A DNA stretch of 64,000 nucleotides from assembly GCA_964016885.1 (NCBI GenBank), contig OZ024741.1, positions 79,050,001 through 79,114,000 of the forward strand, written 5' to 3'. A program made the position numbers and the translations under genes. Position 1 is the first letter of the stretch. Every line of letters starts with the position of its first letter. Of this stretch, positions 26,582 to 39,100 are shown in pieces. The notes below the pieces were generated by a model. It was given only the letters and a program-made list of their open reading frames with translations. It ran no database searches and was not told where the DNA came from. The DNA is from Eledone cirrhosa. Lineage: Eukaryota.

Positions 26582-28068
26582 CACTAATGAAGGACAAACT
26601 TTTTTCATATGTAACCCATTTGCAACTCCGCAGCGCCCTTATTATCATATTTACACATATTTTTTCCTCTGCTGCTACACGTCTTTTTCGTTCTATGTAT
26701 CTTTACCCTTTCTAGCAGTCTCTCTCTCTCTCTGTTAGCCTCTTCCTCACCCTTCACTCACTCATTCTCTATCACTACCTCTCCTCCTCCTCTTTCTTCC
26801 CGTTTGACCTGTGAGTAATTCTTTTCTCTCACATTCTCGGCCAAGCTGGTCGGAATTTTTTCTCTCTCGTCTACGATTTCACAGAACTTATGTTTACCGA
26901 ATTCGCAGACCAGACCCCTTCTTCCTCCTGTTAGACCTGTGCGAAATTCCTTCCTTGCTCACATTTCAACCAGGTTTGATGGTCTTTATTCTCTCGTTCA
27001 CGATTTCACCGAACTTAAATTCATAGAAATCTGGGACTTGTCTCCTTCTTCCTCACTTTCTGTTGCTTCACCATTTTGTTTGTTTACCCTCGCGTCCCCT
27101 TTATTTACGTGTCCCAACGACTTTTTTTAGCCGTTGCTCGCACCAACCGGAGGTATATGGTCTTTAAAGCGATGAAATGTCTATGATAGTTGGAAGATCA
27201 CTGATGAAGGACAAACTTTTTTCATATGTAACCCATTTGCAACTCCGCAGCGCCCTTATTATCCTATATATACATATATACACATATATTTTTTGTGTTG
27301 CACCATAGAGCATGTGTGTTTACGTATGTCATTGTGTTTATATGTGGGTAGAGATGTGTGCTGATGTAGGTATGTATGTTGACGTGTGTATGTTGTGGGT
27401 TCGTCTTAGAATCTTTCCCCTCTACAAATTTAAAGATAATGCCACCCACACCCAGCGCATCAGCAAGGAATCTTACTTCATTAACAAATACGGACCCCGT
27501 CTAAACACTTCTCCCTAAGACGAACCCACAACATACACACGTCAACATACATACCTACATCAGTACACATCTCTACCCACATATAAACACAATGACATAC
27601 GTAAACACACATGCTCTATGGTGCAACACAAAAAAATATGTGTATATATGTATATATATATATATATATATAGTGAATACATGTGTGTATATATATATAT
27701 ATATAGTGAATATCATTTCACACCTTTTATTGTTAAGATTTTTGATGTTCTATTAAGAGAACCGATTTTACTGAAAAAATCGAATAATGTACACCATTTT
27801 ACCAGGGGGAAAAATAGTGGTCCACCCACACACACATACACACACATTCACACACACACACACACACACATATATACACACACACACACACACATACATA
27901 CACACGCGTACATTAACATACAAAGAGACTTATACACACACACACACACACTTCTGAAAAACATCTTTTGACATGCTAAAATACCCCCACTGATTACAGA
28001 CACATTCCTACTGACCATCCCTGCTACCACGAATTACTCTGCTATACACACACACACACACACACACA

Positions 28069-28139
<71 letters not shown>

Positions 28140-28217
28140 ATCTTAATAGCCATTTGACACACATCCCTGCTAACCATTATCACAACATCGAACAACTTAC
28201 TACTACTACTACTACTA

Positions 28218-28258
<41 letters not shown>

Positions 28259-28752
28259 TTTGTTGTGAAAGAGTAATTTCTCAGTCTTGGCGCAAAATCA
28301 ATTTTTTATTCACATGACCTCTACCGACCAATCAAAATTGTTTTGACCACAAGAATTTTTGCAAACACCAAGTAGCGCTGGAGCCACTTTTTTAACATAA
28401 AAACAGTCTTGGCGCAAAATCAATTTTTTGCATTCACATGACCTCTACCGACCAATCAAAATTGTTTTGACCACAAGAATTTTTGCAACACCAAAGTAGC
28501 GCTGGAGCCACTTTTTAAACATAAAAACAGGTAGAATTCCCAAAACTAATCAGATCAGAGCAAACAACATGGACACTCTATCTCAAAATTATTTTTGAAA
28601 AGTATTTAGAAATGCGCAACCGGTAAAAACTTAAAAACTTAAAACCACAACTGAATACTAAACCATACAATTACTAATACTCTTTTATTCCTAATTAAAC
28701 CATTTTTCAACTGTGAACAATTTGTCAGCATTTTCTATTCTGTTTACCAATA
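25512..28752 (+). mobile_element. 5'-truncated Penelope-like insertion with an inverted copy of its 3' region (~1.2-kb arms)
   Basis: 25512-26580 is inverted relative to about 27690-28752, and 27266-27409 relative to 27515-27660. The spacer encodes a GIY-YIG-like C-terminus, QRISKESYFINKYGPRLN*. Confidence 0.78.
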
Positions 28753-28987
28753 TATAATGTGTTACACCTCTATTCTTTTAACTATATATATATATATATA
28801 TATAATAAAGTATATATCCCTACACGCACAAAGCGCATAGGGACACATGTATTGTCCAACCAAATGCCAATGTGGTTCAATGGCAGGTTAATAAATTAAC
28901 GAGCCAGAACATATATAATCAAGGTTTAGCAAATAAGAAAAAGTTTCAAAATAAATTTTAAAAAATTAACTTTACTCACTATGGTTA

Positions 28988-29071
28988 CCTTTACCGAATC
29001 GGTTTCGAGTTTCAAAAATAAATGGACAGTCCTTACGGCATCCCTTGCAAAGAAAAACCCTCGTCAGAAGC
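28988..29071 (-). ncRNA. Type I hammerhead ribozyme motif
   Basis: CTT-CTGACGA-GGGTTTT..GAAACTC-GAAA-CCGATTCGG-TA-AAG. Confidence 0.72.
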
Positions 29072-29470
29072 ATCTTTTCACCCGGAGAATATAAAATTCC
29101 CGAGTTCAAATTACGAACTGGCGCTATTCAAAATTGTTCCCGAGATGAAAGTAAATGATGTGGGAGCAATTCCTTCAAGTGCCGTGTGTAAAGATAGAAG
29201 CAAAGGCAGGGAGGCCAGTCTACTACCACTATAACTAGCAGCAGTCAGAACGACCAAATTTTTTTCTCGACCAAGAGGAGAATAATAATAAAGTATATAT
29301 CCCTACACGCACAAAGCGCATAGAGACACATGTATTGTCCAACCAAATGCCAATGTGGTTCAATGGCAGGTTAATAAATTAACGAGCCAGAACATATATA
29401 ATCAAGGTTTAGCAAATAAGAAAAAGTTTCAAAATAAATTTAAAAAAATTAACTTTACTCACTATGGTTA

Positions 29471-29554
29471 CCTTTACCGAATCAGTTTCGAGTTTCAAAA
29501 ATAAGTGGACAGTCCTTACGGCATCCATTGCAAAGAAAAACTCTCGTCAGAAGG
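29471..29554 (-). ncRNA. Type I hammerhead ribozyme motif
   Basis: CCTT-CTGACGA-GAGTTTT..GAAACTC-GAAA-CTGATTCGG-TA-AAGG. Confidence 0.75.
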
Positions 29555-29627
29555 ATCTTTTCACTCGGAGAATATAAAATTCCCGAGTTCAAAACTTTCT
29601 TATTATTCTCCTCTTGGTCGAGAAAAA

Positions 29628-29729
<102 letters not shown>

Positions 29730-29877
29730 GTAGGTCCCGGGTTGAGTCGGGGATAACCACAGTAAGTATATATAGTACTAGTCCTGTAGAAGCTCCTTCT
29801 ATAAAATAAAAATAAAAAAATATATATATATATATATATACATACATATACATATATATATATATATATACATACAT

Positions 29878-29965
<88 letters not shown>

Positions 29966-30041
29966 CGAAGGAAATGTGGTAAAGAACCAGGTGGACCATA
30001 ACGCACCAAAGTACTCAATACTTAGGGTAGTAGAGTGGGTA

Positions 30042-30147
30042 ATAGGAACGAGTAGGACCCCGACGGCTGAGCTCAAGCCGTTTCGACGGCTAATTCTGGA
30101 CGCAACGTCGAAACGGCTTGAGCTCAGCCGTCGGGGTCCTACTCGTT

Positions 30148-30152
<5 letters not shown>
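30042..30152. repeat. Perfect 47-bp inverted repeat with 17-nt spacer
   Basis: 30042-30088 is the exact reverse complement of 30106-30152. Confidence 0.95.
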
Positions 30153-30206
<54 letters not shown>

Positions 30207-30399
30207 ATACTTGGGGAGGGTCATACTGTTGTAATAATGTTGCCAGAAATAATAATAGAACACACTCACTGTTTGGTTGGTTTTCGTTTCTGTATCCTTT
30301 ATATCTCCACAGTTAATTCAATTGGTCCTCAATGTTTATCATTGACTGACCAACGGTCAAAAATACATATATAATATAGATATAAACACATATATATAG

Positions 30400-33300
30400 T
30401 CTAACAAAGTTCTTTCGTTGCACATCTTCAATATCATCAGTGGTACTATTATGTTCCTCCTGTTGTATTGTATGTCTACGCCATTTTTATTTCATCTGTT
30501 TATTTATTTATTTATTTTTGTCTTTTTCTCTCCGCATGAATTTGCGTGTGTGTATAGTGTTTGGTGTGTGTTCGCGTTTGGGTTACTGTGTTTTGGTTAT
30601 TGTATTCTATCTTAGTTTACTAGTGTGTGTTTATATGTATTTGTTGTTATTGTGTTTGTGTATATATTTATTTATTTATTTATTTATTTATATTTCTCTT
30701 AAGTCAGTATAGTTTGTTTGGGTGTTGTTGTTATTCCATTCATTTTTTCCGTTTAGCTTTAGCCTTCTAAGCTCTATTTCGCTTGTCTCTCTGATTTGCC
30801 TACCTGCTGGGTCATTTCTATGTTTAGATATTATCTTAATTTCTATGTTGTCTATGTTACCGTCATGTTGTTGTCTGGCGTGTTCGTATAGTACTGAACC
30901 GTTTTTTCGTCCTTTTAATTCCCCCCAGTGCTGGTCTATCCTTTCTCCTATGCTTCGAGCTGTCTCGCCTATGTATGTCGTTGTCATGTTTCTGCAAGTA
31001 CCTTCTGTACATCTTATGCTATAGACTACGTTTCTAGTTTTACAGTTTATCTGGGGGTTTACTTTACATATACCACATTTCCTATTAGTATAGTGGGTTT
31101 TCTTAAAAGGGTAGGTTTTGCTGATCAGGGATTTTATGGTAGTTCCTGGCTTTTCTATCACTTTAATCTTTAAGTGGGTCTTTCTCAGGGCCTTTCTACA
31201 TTGGTTACCTAATTTCCCTCCAGGGGTAACGTCCACGAACATGACACTCTGGTATCTCTAGTTGTCGTACCATGAGGTGGCTTTCCTTATCTTATGTTTA
31301 GTCCTATCTAAGCTATTCCGTGATTTGCTCCTGTATAATGGGCAAATTCCTTTCATGTCCAGTTCTATGAGGGTCTTATACTTCTCCGTGGCTCCTTTGT
31401 ATACTCAGATTCTGTCTCTTCGGTTGTAGCCAGGGAACTGCATGCGGTTGATGAAGTGTTGGATGTGTCTTTCCATTTCTGTTGGGTCGCACATGCGGGA
31501 CACGTTCTTCATCACTCGTACCAAGTCTGCGATCAGAATATTAAACTTAGCATTACTGGACTGAATTTTTGAGTATCAGGTATTTGGAGGCCATGGATTT
31601 AGCATAGTGTGAGTGGAGAAATTGGGCCCCTTCGTCTATAGTGTTAATGCAGAGTTCTGTGTCTAATACTGGTAGTCTACTGTTAGGGTGTTTGGAAGGG
31701 AAGTCGATAGTTACAGTTATACTCTGGTGTAAGGAGTTAGCTATCTGTTGGATGCTTTCCATTGTGCTACATTCTAAATCATATTTGCTAGTACTCTCTT
31801 GTGGGAATGTCCTTATTACTATATTAATATCGTCTACGTAACGAGAATACATGATGAGGTCTATGGAGTTCTCATCAAGGAGATCTTTGAGTCTCCTTTT
31901 CCACCATAAAAAGGTTGGCAATGTTACCAGCTACGCTGACGCCAATGGCTGCTCCCTCATTTTGGGTGTAGATCTTCTCGTTGAATTTGAATATGTGGCC
32001 CTTTAGGGTTGTTTTAATACTAGCTCCTATTGCATGCGCGACCATTTTTCTTACCTGATCATTGTATTTGGGGGTCCATATGGCTTTGGTCCACCCAATC
32101 CACCTTCCCATGGGAGTCTTTTTTGCCATTGATGTTATGGTGGGGGTCTACCTCTTATGGGTCTACTGGGGCAGAAACGGCTAAGGTCATGGTTGTCTAG
32201 GTACTCGGTGTCATTGTCTAAGTAGGAGGCCCAGTTCATTTGTGTCGACGTCGCAGATTGCCCACAGCAAAATCAACGTTAATGGATGGGTATAGTGATA
32301 TCACGTCCATACTGCCTATTATGCAGTTAGATAGGTTTTTTTTTTTTTTTGCACTCATTGATTCTGCTGAGGAAGTCCTCTGTACTGTCACATACATCTG
32401 GGGACATCTTGATTATGGGGCGTAAAACCATTGAGAGGAAGTAGGAGATGCTGTAGTTGCTAGCGATATTGGCTCAGCATACAGGTCTTGTTGGTGGTCC
32501 TGTTGTCGGGTCGTTAACTGTCTTATGGTCTTTGCGGAGCCCCTACAAGGATGGTATGTCATTGTTATACGCCTGGAAGTTGTTGGCAGTGCGTCTGCTT
32601 GGCTCTAGGATGTCGGTCCACATCATCGTTTGAGCGTTGAGGATCTTCTTTCTCCCCTCATGTGTTTGTTGCGTAATTTCGCTCGTGTTGGTGATGTGGG
32701 GTTGCATAGCCTTGATGTAGTTCGGCATGCTGTCTATCGACATCCTACCAGACTTATCTGTGGGTAGACACACTACCTCACCATCCCTTGTGTGCTGCTT
32801 GAGGCTATCTAAGCCTTCTACAGGTTTCCTTCCAAGTTGTTGGTCTGCTTTGTCTCTTAGTATATCGTTCTATTATTTGTCTAATCTTATTTCTAGCTTT
32901 GGTGAACTGTGCCTCTGTCTATTTGTTGTGGTGTACAAACCCTTTTATTAAAGGGTAACCTCGTAGGATAAATATTACTCATCTTATATGTTTTGTCAGC
33001 TGGGTTGAAAAATAGTTTCTCTAAGGGGTTGTCATTATATCTATCGTTATAGTTGTGTGTGTTGCTATTATTGTTATTATGGTTGTTGTTGTTCCTACCA
33101 TTAACATTATTATTATTGTTATAATTGTTAGATGTATTGTTGTTGTTTTCTCTATTGTTATTGTTGTTATTACTGTTATTTCTACCATTGTGGTTGTTAC
33201 TTTTATTATTATGTTTCTTGTTTTTGTTGTTGTTGTCGAGGTTGTTTTTGTGTCTATCATTAATGTTGCTACTCGTATTATTTCCATTATTACTACTGTG

Positions 33301-33520
33301 GTTGTTGTTGTTGTTACTCGTATTATTTCCATTATTACTTCTGTCGTTGTTGTTGTTGTTTCTATCATTAATGTTGCTACTCGTATTATTTCCATTATTA
33401 CCACTGTGGTTGTTGTTGTTGTGTCTGTCGTTAATGTTTGCATTATTATTACTGTGGTTGTTGTTGTTGTTCTGTCTATCGTTAATATTACTACCATTAT
33501 TATTATTACTATTTCTATTA
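30400..33520 (-). mobile_element. Penelope-like element, frameshifted
   Basis: TDKSGR (32543..32773), GAAIGVSVAGNIANLFM, YSRYVDDI and a GIY-YIG domain. The low-complexity 5' part (33020-33520) is assigned tentatively. Confidence 0.85.
30688..31242 (-). pseudogene. GIY-YIG endonuclease domain of the Penelope-like element
   Basis: CKTRNVVYSIRC...YIGETARSIGERIDQH...RQIRE..EI....LN. Confidence 0.9.
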
Positions 33521-33521
33521 A

Positions 33522-33680
33522 AGGGCGGTGAATTTGCAGCATAGAGTTACGGCCATTTATTATCTGAGTTCAAATCCCGCCGAGGTTAACTTTGCCTTTC
33601 ATCCTTACGGGGTCGATAAAATAAAGTAACAGTAATGCACTGGGATAATTGCTGGCCTTGTGCCAAAAGTAGAAATAATA
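33522..33680 (+). mobile_element. tRNA-derived SINE (internally deleted)
   Basis: Same family as 21309-21490. Confidence 0.8.
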
Positions 33681-33881
33681 ATTATTACTATTTCTCACTC
33701 TCATGCTATTGTTATTGTTATGACTATTACTATTATAGCCGTTACTTCTATATTTATTGTTTATATTACTCCTATCGTTATTATTGTTGATGTCCGTATA
33801 GTTGTTTATTTTCGCATTCCAACGTATTTGTGAAACACTTTTCCAGCTCCGTTTTACACTCGATTGGATTTATCTTTTTGT

Positions 33882-34503
33882 AAACAAACAAACCGAACAT
33901 TATAATAAATGTTCGGTAAACCCATACGTACATATATATATATGTGTGTGCATGTATGTATATATATACATACTACTGTATGTCTGTTCATATATATGTA
34001 TGTACGTATACATACTTATATTTAGGTATCAGCCGTACTAAGAGTGAGAAATGAAATTTCGTTTCATTCGTTTCCATTTATCGTTTTCGGTGCGCCAGGC
34101 CGACTAACTCACTCGATATGCAAATTAGGCTGCTCAGCCATTAATATGCATAAGGAAAGTATATACTTTCAAACGTTCAATCATCTGACAGAAAGGTATA
34201 CGATGCTGACGATAGCTAATAAGCTTGAAACTAGTACATCGTTCCTGTGTCAGTGTTGAACAAAAGGGCGACGATGGTTACCGAGCACTGTACGGCTTAA
34301 TTCGGGCTGTTTGTTTACAAACAAATCGAACATTATAATAAATGTTCGGTAAACCCATACGTACATATATATATATGTGTGCATGTATGTATATATATAC
34401 ATACTACTGTATGTCTGTACACATATATGTATGTACGTATACATACTTATATTTAGGCATCAGCCATACTAAGAGAAAGGAAATTTCGTTTCATTCTTTT
34501 CCA
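33882..34503 (+). repeat. ~190-bp direct repeats (period ~433) flanking a hammerhead
   Basis: 33882-34075 is repeated at about 34320-34503. Confidence 0.88.
34200..34242 (+). ncRNA. Minimal type I hammerhead ribozyme motif
   Basis: ACGATG-CTGACGA-TAGCTAATAAGCTT-GAAA-CTAG-TA-CATCGT: 6-bp stem I and palindromic stem III ACTAGT. Confidence 0.8.
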
Positions 34504-34522
34504 TATATATATATATATATAG

Positions 34523-34558
<36 letters not shown>

Positions 34559-34919
34559 ACGTGTGTCTGTGTGTGAGAGAGAGTGTATGAATCCATGTAT
34601 GTCTTTGAGGAACAATATGTACGCATGTGTGCGTATATTTGTGTTTATTTTATTTTCATAGACGAGAGCCTGTGGCGTTGTTAAACAGATTACTTTCTTT
34701 CTTTGGCATTTTCCATATAAGGTTTATTATTGTCATTACTTCATTACAATATTTTTGTGAATCAGTTAATTTATGTGACTAATAAATCAGCCAATAAGAA
34801 CCTCGTTGATAATAAACCTGTTCTTGTCATTCTTGATTATGATTTACAGATAAACAAGTTTTCCTTTCAGTGTATTGAGGATGAATGAATGTCTTACTTT
34901 ATTTATTGTAGGATTGCAC

Positions 34920-35270
34920 GGAGGCAGCATGGCCGAATGGCTGAGAAGTTCGTTTCGCAAACATTAGGTTACGGGGGCAATCCTATAGTGTGGCATCTTG
35001 AGCAAGTTTCATATATCATAGCCATGGGTTGACCAATTATTTGTGACTGAAATTGGGAAGACGGAAACTGTTCTGAAGCCCGTTGCATTGACTGTATATG
35101 TAATTCAAAGGGCCTGCCATGTTACACACTGTGTCATGTGGAATCTACCCCGGAATTACGTTAACGATATAAGTGTCTATAGAATGCTCAGCTACTTGTA
35201 AAATTTTCAATCAGGCTGTACCATTGACGGAAGTCCATTTCTACAGTTGCATAGCGGAATCAAAGAGGGT
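34920..35270 (+). mobile_element. Decayed tRNA-derived SINE, second family
   Basis: A-box-like TGGCCGAATGG at the 5' end. The body resembles octopus SINEs from memory. Confidence 0.55.
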
Positions 35271-36188
35271 GAAAACACGGTGTGTGAGAATATTCCTTGT
35301 GTATGTATTTACGATACTTTCTCAGGCCGAATCCTGTCTGGCACCCTTTTGCCTTTTATTCCCTTTGTTCAGGGTACATAAAATAGTTACAATTAAAATA
35401 CTGAGTCGATGAAATCGAATATATCCAAAGGAAAATAAGATTGATTATTTAAAAATTTAATCAATTAGCATGATCAGTCAGGTATCCATTCTTTTCCCCT
35501 TTCCCCATTTCTTTCTCAATCTGTCTCTGGAACGCAGTGCGAGTTTTTATACTGAAAATAGGTGTGTGTGTATAGGGGGGGGGGTCACACTCAACACAAG
35601 TATTCGGTGATTTTCATGCATTTTCGGTCATCGTAACCTAACTAGTTCATTCACCTACTGAGTGATATTTTGCTAAACATATGCGCCAAGGATTTTACCA
35701 ACTACATAAACATTCCATTGTGATAAGACTACCATTATACAGGAAGTAAATTTATACACGAGTAAATACAGTATCTATTTATCTATATATCTATTTCTCA
35801 ATACACACACACACACACATACACACATACACACATACAAAGGCTTGCATATATATATATATATTAGTGATGTACAGGAACGAACGTGAGTTCTGGCGGT
35901 TCCGGGTAGTTATATGAAGAGGTAAGTAGCCAAAACCGCTTGCACTCGTAGTCGAGACACTACTTCACTAATATACATAAGTGTACTCAATATTGAAGTA
36001 GAGTTTAAATATTCACTTTGATATGGCTAAAGAGGTTCGACAAGCTTTTGATTCCAGATTCGGGTTAGATCGATACAGATCGAACTTTGAGCTGATCAGT
36101 AGCGAAACGCGCGTCACCAACCAATAAACGTAATGAAGGAGTAACCATTCGTCCTTATATTATTATTATTATTACTATTATTATTATT

Positions 36189-39100
36189 GGTCTGTTCGAG
36201 CGTCCGTTTTGCTCGCTCCCAGTAAGTCGCTTTATTTACCTGTTATAATTATTTGTTGTTAAATTTTTCTTGTTGTGTAAGGGATATATTGGAGTTTGCC
36301 CTGTGAAGGGGAAAGTATAATATTTGGGCCTTTTGGCCCAAATATTTGATTAATATTTGAACATTTTACTTTTAAAAATAAACAAAACAAAAACATGGCA
36401 GAGCCACGCCCACCAACAATATGTCTGCTGTCGTGTGACAACGGCGTAAAAGTTGAGAGGAGGGTTACAGAAATTCATACAACAAACACCACAAACAACA
36501 TGAACAAATACAACAACACTGAGAACACTAATTTAAAAAAAATTACCACACCAACTACAACAATAACAGTGACAACCAAAATACAGACAACAGAAAAAAA
36601 TGACAACAAATGTAACAACGATATTAACACCACTAACAAGAAAATAAACAGCGACAACACCAACAACAATACAAATTGCACCGAAAACAACAACGGTGGC
36701 ACCAAAAACACAACCAACTACAACAGTGATAACAGCAACAACACCAACAACACCGTTTGTAGCAGTAGCAACAGCAACAGCACCAACAACAAGACCAGTA
36801 GCAGCAGTAGCGGCAATCATAATGGTGCCGCTGAAAAAGGGGCCACTTCTTTCGCAGGTGTGGGCCGAAATATAGAGACAGTGCTAGTCACGGAGGAGGA
36901 GATGGCAGTCGCAAGAGCCATGGTGTAAAGAAATGACAATAGAGTTTCCCTGAAATCTCCACCCGATTTCGTCAAAGAGTAGCAGCTGCGCACGGTGACT
37001 TACCGCACCGTAAGCAAAATGTCACATCGGGTGGAGAGAGCCACGAAGGCTCAAATCCAAAAGGCCTTTGGGCGCGTCAGGGCGCGCAAAACCCATATCA
37101 CCCGAGGCAGAAAGTACGCCACAGTAGACGTACTTTTCGCCACCCCACAAGAAGCGAAGTCTCACACTTTGGAAACCCTAAAGAGTGAGGAGATAGTCTT
37201 GGTGCCCTCCTACTGCGGGCAGAAAATTGTGAGGGTCAAAGTGACCCAGGTCCCACCCGACGTGCCCATACCTTGGCTGGCCGCGTCTGTCCTTGCTGGA
37301 ATCGAGGACAGGACGACCATGCTGCAAGTAGAGAAAATAGGGAGAGAGAACTGGTCAGATATAGGCATGCAAATGCTTCTACAAACTGACCAGGAATGTA
37401 TCGACGCCATCCCCGATATCATAGACATCGAGGAAGGACTCCAACTCCCTATAAGCGTAGAAGGGAGACGGCCAAAATGTTATCTCTGTCGGTCAAAGTG
37501 TCACCTCAGGGCTTTTTGCCCGAAGAAGAGAGCGAAGAAGACGGCCCCTCTCCTTTCAATACCTGGTCCGCTGCTACCAAGAGCAGGGCAGGCAACAAAC
37601 GCAGAAGCCCCTTCCACGGTGAGTAGGAGGGCAACGTCCGTTGCATCCGTACCAAGGCCACGGACAACTAAAGCAGCAGCATAAGTGGCGGCAACACGAG
37701 TAGCTGCACCAGCAACAAAATTGCCGGAGAGGGCTCCACTACCACCACCAACAGCCGTGGAGCACATACCCCTCCCAGACGCCACGGAATCCGACATGGA
37801 GTTTGAGGCGGGAGTGAAGTGGCAAACGGTCGGCGATAAAAAAGAAAAAAGAAAAACCCCTTAGCTTCACCCTCCAAAAGCGAAGGCACACATAGAGGGG
37901 TAAAGGCTGCAAGGAAACTTGCAGCAACACTACCATCATAACCATCACCACCACAAGCACCACCGCCAACAACAACCACACCACCACCAGCATCACTAAC
38001 AACACCAACAACGCAAACAAAACAAAACACACACACCAAACAGCAACAAGAAGAAAACAGCAACAAAATCCCCCCTCCCCCCAAAAAGTACACAGCCATA
38101 AACATGGCAAAAAAAGAACTCATACAATATATAAAGCAGCACACAGACATCACAGAAAACAAACTACTACACACCACCAACACCAAGAACTCTCCCGACA
38201 AACATAAGCATCATGGATATCAAAATAGAACAGTACAAACTTTTAAAACAAAAATTACCCAACACAGTTGGGGACTTCAGAGGGTCGGTTACCAAGAGGA
38301 TATACACTGACATCCTCTTGGAAATGCCCATGACCAGCCAAATGGACGGTTCTACCACACGATCAAGGTAAGTGACCCTTTCTCACTTACCCCGTTTTTC
38401 ATCCAACATCACCGTACTTAGAATTGACAGTATAAATGTACGTCGCCTGGGGTCATCTTAGAAGCAGGGTCACCTGCTCAACGACCTCAGGTCACTAAAC
38501 ATAGATGTGGTGGCCATCAGTGAGACCAGAATCTTCGAAGCACGAGCCTTCGCACCGATCTTCGGCGGCTACGATATATACGCATCTCCCAGCCGTCCAG
38601 GATCGGGGGGAGGGATTGCCGTCCTTTTTCGGAGAGGCTTGGATCTCGCCATACAGGCCATCTTCCTAGACCCAGAAGGTAAGTCGGTGGTGCTGGACGT
38701 TCCGGCACCGAAGGCAACGCTGTCAGGCTAGTAGCCGTCTATGCCCCGACAGACACAGGACGGCCAGATTTCTTTAGACGTCTAGAGACTTTCTTGTAAC
38801 GTCCTGCTCTTTCGTGTTAGTGGGAGACTGGAACGGTATCTTGGATGTACGCTGGGATTGTGTGGGGCTAGTGGATAGGGGAGGAGCCTCACCAACCTGC
38901 TCAGACGTTTTGAACCGTCTGACAGGTATCGAATGGATCATTCGAATGTGCCAATGTGGACATGGACAAACCACAACGGGTCATCCGGATCGTATCTCGA
39001 TAGGGTATTCTGCAGAGAACTAGATAAGGCTAGTATAAGTTGTCCACAATTTAAAATAGTCAACTACACAGACCATAAATTTGTAATCTGCGAGATCGAC

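Larger units (their letters stand above)
28803..29592 (-). repeat. 483-bp tandem repeat (1.6 copies) carrying hammerheads; retrozyme- or pLTR-like
   Basis: 28803-29110 is repeated at 29286-29592 at an offset of 483. Confidence 0.92.
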
